Positions 63,128-64,000 of a DNA stretch of 64,000 nucleotides are shown piece after piece. How positions within the stretch are numbered: the stretch's first letter is position 1; each line of letters begins with the position of its first letter. The notes under the pieces are model-generated. The model saw only the letters and a list, made by a program, of their open reading frames with translations, was not told the origin of the DNA and searched no databases. The translations under genes and the position numbers were made by a program. The stretch comes from the human T2T-CHM13v2.0 reference genome, Homo sapiens. Location: the NCBI RefSeq assembly GCF_009914755.1, contig NC_060940.1, one strand, 5' to 3'.

Positions 63128-63346
63128 GCATGAGCCATGAGCCCAAGTCCCCTTCGCTAGGGATGCTTTCCACCGCGACCAGGACCACCGCCACCGTCAA
63201 CCCCCTCACCCCCTCGCCGCTCAATGGCGCCCTGGTGCCCAGCGGCAGCCCCGCCACCAGCAGCGCGCTGTCGGCCCAGGCCGCGCCATCCTCCAGCTTT
63301 GCCGCCGCGCTGCGCAAGCTCGCCAAACAGGCGGAGGAGCCCAGAG
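63128..63346 (+). CDS. GSE1: GSE1 exon 2 (219 nt, phase 1-1): [73 protein letters not shown]
   Basis: Polypyrimidine tract TTCTTCTTTTCCTGTTTCAG acceptor ending 63127; donor AGAG|GTAAGG at 63347; CpG-rich codon usage; peptide recognised as GSE1 N-terminus (inside ORF 62788..63636). Confidence 0.95.
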
Positions 63347-63924
63347 GTAAGGGGGCCCGCCAGGCTGCGCGTGGGGGGAGCGGCGGCTCCCGAGGCCGGG
63401 ACTCAGCCTCCCGCCTGCGGCGTGCACGCTCACAGCAGGTCTCGTCTTTCCCACGCCGTGTGCTCTGCATGGAGCAGGCAGTGCTGGCTGAGCTACAGAC
63501 CCTGGGCCAGTCCGCCTGCCCCAGCACCTCCGCTTTGCCTCTGTGCTTCTGTGTCTCCTGCCTCTGTCCTTCCTCGGCCCCCGGAGCCACTGCAGGGGTG
63601 TCCGGATGTAGCGAGGTGCTCCTACCAGCTCTGTGACTTGATTGGGAGGAGGGTGGGTGCCCTGGACCAGGGGAGCCCCAAGAGGCTGCAGAGGGAGAGC
63701 TGGGCCCTAGTGCTCCCCAAGTGGCTCCTTGCCCAGGTTTTGACACTCCCTCCAGAAGTGGCAGAGAACATGGTGTCCCTGGAAACACAGTGGTCTGGAG
63801 CGGGGGTCTCTGGCACAGCTGAACCCACCACTGCTCAACTCCCTGAGGCAGAGACTGTGGGGAGCATAGACAAGCGGCCCCCGGGGTCTGGAGCCTTGGC
63901 TTCTGGTATCACCTGGGCAGGACC

Positions 63925-63990
63925 TGCTGTGTGAACCTGGGCACGTTGCTGATCCTCTGAGCCTCATTTTTCCTGTCTGTGCAGTGAGGC
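63925..63990 (+). mobile_element. MIR core fragment in intron 2
   Basis: GCTGTGTGAACCTGGGCACGTT..CCTCTGAGCCTCATTTTTCCTGTCTGT. Confidence 0.65.
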
Positions 63991-64000
63991 TCTAAAGACG

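Noticed and set aside
62788-63636. Whole 282-aa ORF as one CDS, and the antisense 299-aa ORF
   Set aside because: Only 63128-63346 is bounded by splice sites and matches GSE1; the flanks are intron read-through and the antisense ORF is a shadow

Overview
Primate, most likely human, GC-rich genomic DNA covering the 5' part of GSE1 (KIAA0182, a CoREST/LSD1-complex-associated coiled-coil protein; chr16q24.1 from memory) on the + strand. Only two coding pieces are supported. The first is the 7-nt coding end of exon 1 (ATGAAAG, 42607-42613) inside a large CpG island (~39.7-44.5 kb). The second is the 219-nt exon 2 (63128-63346). Spliced, they give [75 protein letters not shown], the GSE1 N-terminus as I recall it. 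A probable TATA-driven alternative non-coding first exon lies at ~40.6 kb. The rest is upstream or intronic: Alu, MIR, L2, L1M, MER3/MER5 and MaLR LTR relics, several minisatellites (62-64, 59 and 45 bp units), CA/TG and CCAT low-complexity tracts, and recurrent AT-rich islands of homeodomain motifs that look like enhancers. Nearly all ORFs in the supplied track are spurious. I see no new gene family or prokaryote-style system. The most interesting signal is the architecture controlling the GSE1 N-terminus: (i) a uORF whose stop overlaps the main AUG; (ii) a symmetric exon 2 with its own AUG that would form an endless ORF if circularised; (iii) a sense MST LTR whose AUG and splice donor are in frame with exon 2. 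Separately, there is a near-palindromic tail-to-tail Alu pair with mirrored A/(TA) tails. Repeat subfamily names are from visual recognition and need RepeatMasker confirmation.
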